Below, in pieces: positions 18,273 through 27,511 of a DNA stretch of 64,000 nt. The notes under the pieces are model-generated. The model made no database searches. It was not told the origin of the DNA and saw only the letters and a program-made list of their open reading frames with translations. The stretch spans positions 11,210 to 75,209 of the forward strand of contig JAHFFW010000006.1 in NCBI GenBank assembly GCA_023247725.1, written 5' to 3'. Positions within the stretch are counted from its first letter, which is position 1, and the number at the start of each line of letters is the position of its first letter. A program made the position numbers and the translations under genes. Origin of the DNA: Candidatus Omnitrophota bacterium (GTDB taxonomy: Bacteria; Omnitrophota; Gorgyraeia; Zapsychrales; JAHFFX01).

Positions 18273-18631
18273 TGAATGATCTCCTGTGTTTTGTCTAAAT
18301 ATTTTCCAGCAATTATCTTTGGATAACTTGAAACTAACTTTGACAAATCTTCCGGATATCTGGTCACAATACTGACGTTATTGATCATACCCAGAAAATC
18401 TAACAACTCTTTGGATAATTGGATTTTTCCTTGATCTAATAAGTAAATTAGGTCGTGGGTTTTAGGTGGGATTTTCTTAGTCTCGGCAGAAACAAAGGCT
18501 TTTAAAAGTTTTTCCAGGGCCAAATGACACATGAATATGACATACACATACCGCCCTGTTTTCAACATTCGGTCGGCGGTCGTTAAATCATATTCCACCA
18601 TCGCCAACCAGTTTTTTATTTCCTTGTTCAC
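18239..18631 (-). CDS. HEPN domain protein, partner of the MNT
   Basis: HEPN (PF05168-like) helices NWLAMVEYDL...CHLALEKLLKAF. Overlaps the MNT gene by ~34 nt. GTG start with AAAGGT 7 nt upstream, 3 nt after the gltB stop. Confidence 0.65.
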   Translation of the reverse strand: MNKEIKNWLAMVEYDLTTADRMLKTGRYVYVIFMCHLALEKLLKAFVSAETKKIPPKTHDLIYLLDQGKIQLSKELLDFLGMINNVSIVTRYPEDLSKLVSSYPKIIAGKYLDKTQEIIQCLKQDKRLKK

Positions 18632-18634
18632 TAA

Positions 18635-21600
18635 TTAAACCTTTACCTTTTCCCCATTCTGTGTTGCGATTTTTGCGGCCTCTTCCAAAACCCGGCGGTA
18701 ATCCTGCGGGTAAACTTTGACAAATTGGGCGACGGTCCTCTCCCAGTCCCGCAGCAACCCTTGAGCCACCGTACTTTTGGTATAACGCGCATGATTTTCC
18801 AAAAGCGTGCGCACCTCGACCAAGTCCTCGGGTTCCGTCAACTTAACCAAATCCACCATTCCCTTATTGCAGCGTTGAGAAAAAGTACCGTCTTTATCCA
18901 AAACATACGCGAGGCCTCCGCTCATCCCGGCGGCAAAATTACGCCCCGTCGGACCAATGACGACCACGCGTCCGCCGGTCATATATTCGCAGCCATGATC
19001 GCCAATGCCTTCCACCACCGCCCTGGCGCCGCTATTGCGCACGGCAAAACGTTCGCCGGCAAGCCCGCGCAGATACACTTCTCCCAACACCGCCCCGTAA
19101 AGCACGACATTGCCCACCAAAATATTTTCTTCGGGAACGAACGTGGCATTTCTCGGCGGATAAACAATAATTCTGCCTCCAGAAAGCCCCTTCCCTAAAT
19201 AATCGTTGGCATCGCCTTCCAGGGTGAGTGTCACACCATTGGCCAAGAACGCACCAAAGCTCTGTCCGGCGGAACCAGTGAATTTGATCTCAATCGTATC
19301 CTCTGGCAAACCGGCGAGGCCATACCGGCGCGCGATCTGCGACGACAGCATTGTGCCCACCGTCCGATTGGTATTTCTGATCGCCATCTCGAATTGAACC
19401 GGCCCTTTCCCTTCAATGGCGTCTTTGCATCGACCAATGAGTTCATGATCGAGGGCTTTTTCCAATCCATGATCCTGACGACTCACGTGACGGACGGCGA
19501 CATGAGGAGGAACATCTGGTTTATGAAGAATATTGGTCAGGTCCAATCCTTTGGCTTTCCAATGATCAACCAACTCCTGCGTCTCCAGCATATCGACCCT
19601 GCCGATGAGCTCTGCGAATTTCCGAAATCCCAATTCCGCCATAATCTCCCGGCATTCCTCGGCGATGTAGGTGAAAAAATTCACCACGTATTCCGGTTTC
19701 CCGTCAAATTTTTTGCGCAGTTCGGGATCCTGGGTTGCAATGCCCACCGAGCACGTATTCAAATGGCATTTGCGTAAAAGAATACAACCCAATGAAACCA
19801 AGGCCGCCGTCGAGAATCCAAACTCGTCGGCCCCCAGCATCGCGGCAATGACCACATCGCGGCCCGTCTTTAATTGGCCATCGGTCTGCACGCGAATGCG
19901 GCCCCGCAGATCGTTCATCACCAACACTTGCTGGGTTTCGGCGATGCCCAATTCCATAGGAAGCCCCGCATGTTTGATTGAGGTTTGCGGAGATGCGCCG
20001 GTTCCCCCTTCGTATCCACTGATCAAAACATGATCGGATTTTCCTTTAGAAACACCGGCGGCAACCGTGCCCACGCCAATCTCCGAGACCAGCTTGACGC
20101 TCACATCGGCCTTCGGGTTGGAATTTTTTAAATCATGAATCAACTGCGCCAGATCTTCAATCGAATAAATATCGTGATGCGGCGGCGGAGAAATGAGCTG
20201 CACTCCCGGCATCGTGTGCCGGGTTTTGGCAATTTCCTTACTGACTTTGTGCCCCGGTAGTTGACCGCCTTCGCCGGGTTTGGCGCCTTGGGCCATTTTG
20301 ATTTGCAATTGATCAGCATTAACCAGATATTCAATCGTCACGCCAAAACGTCCTTGAGCCACTTGCTTGATCCGGCTGCGGCGCCAGTCGCCGTTGGGAT
20401 CTTTTCTGAAACGTTCGGCATCTTCGCCGCCCTCGCCGGTATTCGAAAATCCGCCGAGGCGGTTCATGGCAATGGCCAGGGTCTCGTGGGTTTCCTTGGA
20501 AATAGAACCATAGCTCATGGCTCCGGTCGCGAAACGTTTGACGATCTCTGAGCCAGGCTCAACGTCTTCCAACGGCACCGGGGTTCCCTTTTTAAAACGC
20601 AAAAGCCCCCGGATGCTGGCCAAATTTTTCGTTTGCGAATTCACCAGCTCCGCATACTTCTTATAAATCTGATAGTCGCCGCTTCGAACCGCGTGCTGCA
20701 ACATTCCGATTGTTTGCGGATTGAATTGATGATGTTCACCATCGCGCCGCCAATAGTAATCGCCTCCTTCATCCAACATGTTTTCATCCTCGTTTTGGGA
20801 AGGATAGGCCTTGGCGTGCCGGCGCAACACCTCCTCGGCGAGGGTTTCGATTCCGATTCCGCCGATCCGCGAAGGAGTCGCGGTAAAATATTGGTCAATC
20901 AATTCCTGGCCCAATCCGACCGCCTCAAAAATTTGCGCCCCGCAGTAGGAATGGATGGTGGAAATGCCCATTTTGGAAATGATTTTAAATAAACCTTTTC
21001 TCGCCGCCTTGATGAAATTCTTTTGAGCCTCTTTCATCGTGATCTCCAGCGGAAAATAGGCTTGTTTGATCTGATGCTCGATCGTTTCAAAGACAAGATA
21101 GGGATTGATCACGTTGGCGCCATAACCAATGAGGACCGCAAAATGGTGCATCTCGCGGGCTTCTCCGGTTTCGATCACGAGACTCACTTTCGTGCGAGTG
21201 CCTTTGCGGATCAAATGGTGATGCAATCCGGAGCATGCCAGCAAAGAAGGAATCGGGGCATTCTGCTCATTGAGGCTCCGGTCCGAAAGAATCAAAATAG
21301 AATAACCTCCTTCAATCGCTTGATCAGCCTGCTCACATAATCGCTGTAAGGATTTTTCCAGGCCGGCGGCGCCTTCTGCCGCTACGAAAATAATGGGCAA
21401 TGTCGTTGAGCGCAAGCCTTCCTGATTGATGTGCCGGATCTTTTCTAATTCTTCGTTAGTGACAACCGGATGCGAAACCCGCAAACGGTGGGCATGCTCG
21501 GGGGTTTCATCCAAAAGATTGCACTCGGCGCCCAGCATGACGTCTTCGGCCATGATGACCTCTTCGCGGATCGCATCAATGGGAGGGTTCGTGACCTGAG

Positions 21601-23224
21601 CAAAGAGCTGTTTGAAATAATTGAATAACGGTTGCGCCCGGTAAGAGAGAATCGCCAACGGCGTATCGGTCCCCATGGATCCAACGGCCTCTTCTCCATT
21701 GATGACCATCGGGCTAATGAGAAGTTTAAAATCTTCCAGCGTATAGCCAAAGGCTCTTTGCCGGGCCAACAGGGTTTTTTCGTTGAGACCTTGAGCCTTT
21801 TTGTTTTCCGGGAGACTTTTCAATTCGACAAGCTTTTCCTTAAGCCACTGTCCGTAAGGTTGACGTGTGCTGTAATCGTGCTTGAGTTCTTTGTCGTCGA
21901 TGATACGTCCTTCCTTGATGTCAATCAAAAACATCTTTCCCGGCTCCAGGCGTCCTTTTTTCAAAACGTTTTCCGGCGGAATAGGCAACACTCCGGTTTC
22001 CGAGGCCATGACCACCATATCGTCTTTCGTGACCAGATACCGCGACGGACGCAGGCCATTGCGGTCGAGCACGGCGCCAATATAACGTCCATCGCAAAAC
22101 GCAATGGAGGCCGGCCCGTCCCAGGGCTCCATTAAACACGAATGGTATTCATAAAAAGCCTTTTTCTCCTCGGGCATGCTCTCATGTCCGCTCCACGCCT
22201 CCGGAATCATCATCATAATCGCGTGCGGCAGGGAACGGCCGCTTAAGACCAGCATCTCAAGCACATTATCGAAGGTCGCCGTATCCGAACCATGCGGAAC
22301 GACGATCGGCAAAACTTTTTTAATATCCTTACCAAAGGCCTTGCAGGAAAATTGTGCTTCGCGGGCGTGCATCCAATTGATGTTACCCCTCAAGGTATTG
22401 ATCTCACCGTTATGGGCGATCATCCGATAGGGATGAGCCAGCGCCCAGGTGGGAAACGTATTCGTGCTATAACGAGAATGAATCATGGCCATGGCCGACA
22501 CCATCGTCGGATCAGCCAAGTCCGCGAAGAACCGGTCCAGCTGTTCGGCCATCAACTGCCCTTTATAAACGAGCGTGCGGCTCGACAAGCTGCAAAAGTA
22601 ATAATAATTGCGCTGCCCCAGCGTCGAGGCCTGGACCTTGTTATAAAGGCGTTTGCGGATGACATACAGTTTCTGTTCAAATCGATCGGCGGGCGTGTTC
22701 TTTCCGCGGCCGATAAAAATCTGCTTGAATTCCGGCATCACCGAACGGGCAACCTGGCCAATCTTGGTCGGATCATGCGGCACCTCCCGCCAGCCAAGGA
22801 ATTTTTGGCCTTCTTCATGCACCAGATGTTCAGTCCACTGCTCAATCATATTTCGGTCGCCGGGATCCGGCGGCAAAAAGACAATCCCAGCCCCATAATC
22901 GCCTTCTTTGGGCAGATTCAGGTTAAGCCTGGCCGACTCTTTTCTAAAAAAGGCATCCGGCATTTGGATCATAATCCCGGCCCCATCACCCGTCTGCGGA
23001 TCACAGCCGCACGCGCCCCGGTGTGTCAAATTTTCCAAAATCTGGATGGAATTGCGGATGATTTCATGCGATTTATTTCCTTTGATGTTGACAATAAATC
23101 CAACCCCGCAACTGTCATGCTCAAAGGCCGGATGATACAGTCCCTGCGGTGCCGGTAAACCCGCAACTGTTTGCGACCGGACAGGTTTTATTTTGGCTAA
23201 AAAACTTTTAGATTTTTTATTCAT
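18635..23224 (-). CDS. gltB: Glutamate synthase large subunit (1529 aa)
   Basis: N-terminal Ntn amidotransferase CGVGF, central FMN/3Fe-4S domain, C-terminal GXGXG domain. Unambiguous. Confidence 0.95.
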   Translation of the reverse strand: MNKKSKSFLAKIKPVRSQTVAGLPAPQGLYHPAFEHDSCGVGFIVNIKGNKSHEIIRNSIQILENLTHRGACGCDPQTGDGAGIMIQMPDAFFRKESARLNLNLPKEGDYGAGIVFLPPDPGDRNMIEQWTEHLVHEEGQKFLGWREVPHDPTKIGQVARSVMPEFKQIFIGRGKNTPADRFEQKLYVIRKRLYNKVQASTLGQRNYYYFCSLSSRTLVYKGQLMAEQLDRFFADLADPTMVSAMAMIHSRYSTNTFPTWALAHPYRMIAHNGEINTLRGNINWMHAREAQFSCKAFGKDIKKVLPIVVPHGSDTATFDNVLEMLVLSGRSLPHAIMMMIPEAWSGHESMPEEKKAFYEYHSCLMEPWDGPASIAFCDGRYIGAVLDRNGLRPSRYLVTKDDMVVMASETGVLPIPPENVLKKGRLEPGKMFLIDIKEGRIIDDKELKHDYSTRQPYGQWLKEKLVELKSLPENKKAQGLNEKTLLARQRAFGYTLEDFKLLISPMVINGEEAVGSMGTDTPLAILSYRAQPLFNYFKQLFAQVTNPPIDAIREEVIMAEDVMLGAECNLLDETPEHAHRLRVSHPVVTNEELEKIRHINQEGLRSTTLPIIFVAAEGAAGLEKSLQRLCEQADQAIEGGYSILILSDRSLNEQNAPIPSLLACSGLHHHLIRKGTRTKVSLVIETGEAREMHHFAVLIGYGANVINPYLVFETIEHQIKQAYFPLEITMKEAQKNFIKAARKGLFKIISKMGISTIHSYCGAQIFEAVGLGQELIDQYFTATPSRIGGIGIETLAEEVLRRHAKAYPSQNEDENMLDEGGDYYWRRDGEHHQFNPQTIGMLQHAVRSGDYQIYKKYAELVNSQTKNLASIRGLLRFKKGTPVPLEDVEPGSEIVKRFATGAMSYGSISKETHETLAIAMNRLGGFSNTGEGGEDAERFRKDPNGDWRRSRIKQVAQGRFGVTIEYLVNADQLQIKMAQGAKPGEGGQLPGHKVSKEIAKTRHTMPGVQLISPPPHHDIYSIEDLAQLIHDLKNSNPKADVSVKLVSEIGVGTVAAGVSKGKSDHVLISGYEGGTGASPQTSIKHAGLPMELGIAETQQVLVMNDLRGRIRVQTDGQLKTGRDVVIAAMLGADEFGFSTAALVSLGCILLRKCHLNTCSVGIATQDPELRKKFDGKPEYVVNFFTYIAEECREIMAELGFRKFAELIGRVDMLETQELVDHWKAKGLDLTNILHKPDVPPHVAVRHVSRQDHGLEKALDHELIGRCKDAIEGKGPVQFEMAIRNTNRTVGTMLSSQIARRYGLAGLPEDTIEIKFTGSAGQSFGAFLANGVTLTLEGDANDYLGKGLSGGRIIVYPPRNATFVPEENILVGNVVLYGAVLGEVYLRGLAGERFAVRNSGARAVVEGIGDHGCEYMTGGRVVVIGPTGRNFAAGMSGGLAYVLDKDGTFSQRCNKGMVDLVKLTEPEDLVEVRTLLENHARYTKSTVAQGLLRDWERTVAQFVKVYPQDYRRVLEEAAKIATQNGEKVKV

Positions 23225-23498
23225 GCTTAAATTTCCCGGTAGGGATATTAAATTTTTTTATCTTGGCACGCAAGGTGTTCCGGTTAATCCCCAAGAGCTT
23301 GGCCGCTAAGATCTGATTGCCATGGCAACGCTGCAAAGCCTTTTCGATCAAGATCTTTTCCGTCTCGCCAATCACCGACCGATAGATCTGGCCACTGGCC
23401 GAGGCAAAAACCGATTCGATTTCCTGCACCCAATTGTCTGTGTGAATCCAATCCATTGTACTAATTTTCAGTGAATCTTCAACGGAAAATTCGGGCAC
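23217..23498 (-). CDS. Fis-family (NtrC C-terminal-type) helix-turn-helix DNA-binding protein, 93 aa
   Basis: C-terminus EKILIEKALQRCHGNQILAAKLLGINRNTLRAKIKK is the Fis/NtrC HTH_8 signature. Overlaps the gltB start by 8 nt. ORF-track start is GTG, and an alternative ATG lies at ~23456. Confidence 0.55.
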   Translation of the reverse strand: MPEFSVEDSLKISTMDWIHTDNWVQEIESVFASASGQIYRSVIGETEKILIEKALQRCHGNQILAAKLLGINRNTLRAKIKKFNIPTGKFKHE

Positions 23499-23575
23499 GG
23501 CTCATGGTCACCAGAGTCCCAGGGCTCCAGCGACCCAGAAACTGGAACTCTGGGGGCCTGGGGCGCTGGGCACTC

Positions 23576-25252
23576 TTAAAACTCTTTATACTTATTCGTA
23601 ATCGGCAGCCGCCAGTCCTTACCAAAGGCTCGCGGAGATATTTTCACCCCCGGCGCGGCCTGGCGCCTTTTGTATTCACTGCGATCAACCATCTGGATCA
23701 CCTTCTTCACCGTCGCTGCATCCTTGAATTCCTTCACCAAATGCGCGAAGGAATGATGTTGTTCCACATAACCCTTCAATATTCCATCGAGCAGAGGATA
23801 CGGCGGCAGGGTGTCCTGATCGGTTTGCCGATGGCGCAATTCCGCGGTGGGCGCCCGGTCGAAAACCGAGGCCGGAATAATTTCGCGGCCGGCCGATGCA
23901 TTTTTAAATCGACAAAGCTCGTAGACCTTGGTCTTGGGAACATCCTTGATGACACAAAAGCCGCCCGACATATCACCATAAAGGGTGCAATAACCCACGG
24001 CGATTTCGCTTTTATTTCCCGTCGTCAGGACCAGCCATCCAAATTTATTGGAAAGGGCCATCAAGAGATTCCCCCGGATGCGCGCCTGAAGATTTTCTTC
24101 CGCTAAATCAAAAGGTCTTTCGCCAAAGGGCTCCTTGAGAAGTTCCAGGTAAGAATCAAAAATGCCGTCGATGGGGATCGCATAGAGCTTGAGGTTAAAA
24201 TTCTGTGCCAGCGTTTTGGCGTCGGCACGCGTGCCCACCGAGGAAAAGCGGGAAGGCATGGTCACACCAATGATATTGTCTTCGCCAATGGCATCAATGG
24301 CCAATGCCGCCACGAGCGCCGAGTCAATTCCACCGCTTAAACCAACGACGGCTTTTTGAAATGCGTTTTTGCGAATGTAATCCCGTGTACCCAAAACCAA
24401 GGCTTTATAAACACTTTCCGTCGGACCAAGCGATTGATGCAATGGCGATTCCAAAGGAGGCTTATTCGTTTCATTTTTCTTCCACGGCAAAAAAATCGTC
24501 TTGGCGGATTTTTTTTGACCGGAGGCTTCAATGTCAGTGACAATAAGATCTTCTTCAAACTCCTTTCCTTGCGCCATCCATCGTCCTTTGGGATCAACGA
24601 TCAAACTGGCGCCGTCAAAAACCAATTCATCCTGACCTCCAACGATATTGGCATAACAAATATAAGCCCCGGTTTCCCGCGCCCTGGCTTTGAGTAACTT
24701 TTTTCGAATCTCGAGTTTGCCTTCGTGATAAGGAGAGGCCGAGATATTGATCAACAAGCGAGCGCCCTTTTTTGCCTGGCGCAAATAAAGACCATCATCG
24801 GCCCAGATATCTTCACAGATATTGAGGCCGAACGTGGTTTGACCCAGCGCAAATACAAATTCATTTCGACCGGGCGTGAAATAACGTTTCTCGTCGAACA
24901 CGCCATAATTCGGCAATTGCTCTTTATGGCAAACCGCGAATCGTTTGCCTCCATAAATAACCGCCGCGGCGTTGTACATCTGACCTTTTTTATCCTGGTC
25001 AACAAAACCGATCATCGCGGTAAGATTCAGAACTCTTGGTTCAATGGATCGTAAGGCTCGAAGATTATCTCGGACAAAATTTTCTTTATAAAGCAAATCC
25101 TCCGGCGGATAGCCGCACAGGGACAATTCCGGAAAGACGACGAGATCCGCAGCCTTTGCTCTGGCTGCTTCGATATACTCAACGATCTTTTTGGCATTGC
25201 CGTTCAAATCGCCAACCGTCGGATTGATCTGGGCAAGAGCTATACGTGGCAT
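23576..25252 (-). CDS. nadE: Glutamine-dependent NAD+ synthetase (nitrilase domain + NAD synthase domain)
   Basis: N-terminal CN-hydrolase domain. C-terminal PP-loop SGGIDS ATP-pyrophosphatase motif. Confidence 0.9.
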   Translation of the reverse strand: MPRIALAQINPTVGDLNGNAKKIVEYIEAARAKAADLVVFPELSLCGYPPEDLLYKENFVRDNLRALRSIEPRVLNLTAMIGFVDQDKKGQMYNAAAVIYGGKRFAVCHKEQLPNYGVFDEKRYFTPGRNEFVFALGQTTFGLNICEDIWADDGLYLRQAKKGARLLINISASPYHEGKLEIRKKLLKARARETGAYICYANIVGGQDELVFDGASLIVDPKGRWMAQGKEFEEDLIVTDIEASGQKKSAKTIFLPWKKNETNKPPLESPLHQSLGPTESVYKALVLGTRDYIRKNAFQKAVVGLSGGIDSALVAALAIDAIGEDNIIGVTMPSRFSSVGTRADAKTLAQNFNLKLYAIPIDGIFDSYLELLKEPFGERPFDLAEENLQARIRGNLLMALSNKFGWLVLTTGNKSEIAVGYCTLYGDMSGGFCVIKDVPKTKVYELCRFKNASAGREIIPASVFDRAPTAELRHRQTDQDTLPPYPLLDGILKGYVEQHHSFAHLVKEFKDAATVKKVIQMVDRSEYKRRQAAPGVKISPRAFGKDWRLPITNKYKEF

Positions 25253-25270
25253 GGATTTGTGAGTGTGAGT

Positions 25271-25696
25271 TTATTCAATAGGCTTATCGCCGTATTCAAA
25301 CAGTTTCCATCCCGACTGCTGCGTTTTGACGAAACGCAGATAAGAACTATTTGTTCGTAATAGGTAAATATCCGGTGCATCCTGGCGGACAGAGAGGACC
25401 TCGGCGCTAAATCCCGATTGCGCGAAAGAAAGATTGATGTCAGTGCCGTATTCTTCCTTGTCTTTGGCGCGGGGTTCTGCGGTGATTTTGACCGTATCCC
25501 CTAAGATAAATTCCTGAATCGCCTTGGAATCACCAGAGCGGAACGATTGGACCAATTGATGGTAAGCCTCACTGAGATCCTGCGGTTCCTGGGCCTCATT
25601 CTGCACGAGCGCCAGATCTTCGGCGGCAAAAGCAACCGGGGTCAATGTCAAGATTACGGCCAAGGCCCATCCAAATCCTGGAAAAATTGTTTTCAT
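25271..25696 (-). CDS. Secreted hypothetical protein
   Basis: Signal peptide ...TPVAFAAED. No domain recognised. 18 nt downstream of nadE. Confidence 0.4.
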   Translation of the reverse strand: MKTIFPGFGWALAVILTLTPVAFAAEDLALVQNEAQEPQDLSEAYHQLVQSFRSGDSKAIQEFILGDTVKITAEPRAKDKEEYGTDINLSFAQSGFSAEVLSVRQDAPDIYLLRTNSSYLRFVKTQQSGWKLFEYGDKPIE

Positions 25697-25748
25697 GCTG
25701 TTCTCCTTTCATCCGATCATTAAATCACCCAATAGAATTAATTTTATC

Positions 25749-26144
25749 TTACTTGAATCCTCGGCCCATCCATAAAATGAAGACCGGGATAACAAGCCCT
25801 CCCAAAAGCCATAACCATACAACGATTGGCCGGACCATTTTCAAGGCCATCAACACTCCTAAAAGCGTGGTCACCGCAAATCCAATCGTCATCATGAAGA
25901 TAAAGTACCGGAATAATTTCGAGGACTTCGGACGAACATCACCCGTCGGGAATCGCTGTTCTGTGTGCACCTCGGAAAGAACCGCTAAGGCCTTCGGCGC
26001 TTTATAACTGCCGTCCTTTTTGGAACGGTGCATATCAAATGTCTGCCAACAACCACTCACCGCAAAAAAAAGCAAAAGCGGAGTAAAAAAGCAACCCAAA
26101 CAAAGATGCCAAGTCCGCAGAGTTTTAAGATTCATGGGAAACAT
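25749..26144 (-). CDS. Small membrane protein with a PepSY-TM-like N-terminus
   Basis: LKTLRTWHLCLGCFFTPLLLFFAVSG resembles the PepSY-associated TM helix start motif. Confidence 0.4.
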   Translation of the reverse strand: MFPMNLKTLRTWHLCLGCFFTPLLLFFAVSGCWQTFDMHRSKKDGSYKAPKALAVLSEVHTEQRFPTGDVRPKSSKLFRYFIFMMTIGFAVTTLLGVLMALKMVRPIVVWLWLLGGLVIPVFILWMGRGFK

Positions 26145-26431
26145 AAACGCGCTGATGTCAGCAAAAAAAGGATCAGGCTTAAGAACATCGTCGCTTTAAA
26201 TACCGGAACGTGCTGTTTTCGATATCCCCAAAGCGAGGCCAAAAATGCCGCCACCGTGAAGATATTGGATCCCATGATAAAAATAAAGGCGACGATAAAA
26301 TTCTTCCCTGAAGGTGCGCTCAAAAAATTATTAATCGTCGAATCCCGCGAATAATCGCCCCAAAAACTGCCAACGAGGGATAAAATCGCCGCGAGAAGAA
26401 AAATCAAACTGACAATGAGCTTCGGAATCAT
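26132..26431 (-). CDS. Small membrane protein, start uncertain (TTG at 26509 or ATG at ~26431)
   Basis: Three hydrophobic helices. Overlaps the downstream membrane-protein gene by 13 nt. Confidence 0.35.
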   Translation of the reverse strand: MIPKLIVSLIFLLAAILSLVGSFWGDYSRDSTINNFLSAPSGKNFIVAFIFIMGSNIFTVAAFLASLWGYRKQHVPVFKATMFLSLILFLLTSARLCFP

Positions 26432-26557
26432 GGGATTACTGACCAACGCATAAATAATAGTTCTCGTCTTATTGTCATAATCTGTTGCCTGAACTGGGGT
26501 GCGAGTCAAGAGACCGGCCTGCCTAATTATTGGGCAGAAATTTAAAAAAAAATTTAT

Positions 26558-27259
26558 TTATTCAATCTTTTCCATCATCAACTTCTCAAAATTCCGATAA
26601 ACCGTCTTTGCCTGACGATTAAAAATATCCTTTTTCTGATCATACGTCTCCAGCATTTGCTTGGCCTTATTTTGTTTTTCCCTATCGTTACTTTTGAAAT
26701 ACGACCGGCACCAACTCTCGATCATCCCCCGGGTGATTTCGACATGAAATTGAAGGCCATAGGCATTGCCTCCGACTTTAAAGGCCTGGTTCGGACACGC
26801 CGGTGCGGTCGCAAGCCGTTCTCCTTGGCCAGGAATGCTAAACATATCCTCGTGCCAATGATAGACCTCCATGGTTTTATCGAGGCCAGCAAACAAAGGA
26901 TCGGATTTCTCGATGAAAACTTTAAACCACCCGACTTCTTTCATCGGGGATTTAACGACGGGGGCCTGACAGGCCTTCGCTAACAATTGCGCCCCCAAAC
27001 AGATTCCTAAATAAGGGATTTTTTCTTTTAAAACGTTCTGAATAAAAATATTTTCTGCTTTGAGCCAAGGATATTGATCTTCTTCATACACATTCATGGG
27101 GCCCCCCATGACAATCACGGCTGCAACATTGGATAATTCCGACACAAGGGCTTCGCCACGGCCAAGATCAATATGCTTCGGCTTATAGGCGCGTTCCTGA
27201 AAATATTCTCCCAGAGTTCCGGGGCCTTCGATATCGATGTGTTTGAGGATAAGAATCAT
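26558..27259 (-). CDS. Class I glutamine amidotransferase-like protein (GATase1)
   Basis: GICLGAQLL nucleophile elbow, HWHED...QFHVE His/Glu region. ATG at 27259 is preferred over the GTG at 27289. Confidence 0.7.
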   Translation of the reverse strand: MILILKHIDIEGPGTLGEYFQERAYKPKHIDLGRGEALVSELSNVAAVIVMGGPMNVYEEDQYPWLKAENIFIQNVLKEKIPYLGICLGAQLLAKACQAPVVKSPMKEVGWFKVFIEKSDPLFAGLDKTMEVYHWHEDMFSIPGQGERLATAPACPNQAFKVGGNAYGLQFHVEITRGMIESWCRSYFKSNDREKQNKAKQMLETYDQKKDIFNRQAKTVYRNFEKLMMEKIE

Positions 27260-27446
27260 ATCGCTTATGGCGTATATTGCACCCGCCACGGAAATTGATC
27301 AGCTATCACAAATATCTTCTCACAATATTTTAGCGCAAGATCCCATATTTCCAAGGTCTCAAATCTGAACATCGTCTTCTCCCATTTTTTCAACGGTCAT
27401 ACGCATAAGCCATACGCTATATGTCATAAAAAGCCGAGGTCCTAAG

Positions 27447-27486
27447 AAAAAAGGCTCAAGGGTGTATGGGAGAACGCCCCTGAGCC
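27447..27486 (-). terminator. Rho-independent terminator downstream of the GSIII gene
   Basis: Minus-strand GGCUCAGGGGCG-loop-CCCUUGAGCC followed by UUUUUUUCUU. Confidence 0.55.
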
Positions 27487-27511
27487 CATTATTCAACCGA
27501 TCAAATAGATT

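Noticed and set aside
22292-23158. Plus-strand 288-aa ORF
   Set aside because: Entirely antisense to gltB, whose identity is unambiguous. Typical shadow ORF in GC-rich coding sequence.
23471-24106. Plus-strand 211-aa ORF
   Set aside because: Antisense to nadE and the Fis-like gene. No recognisable features.
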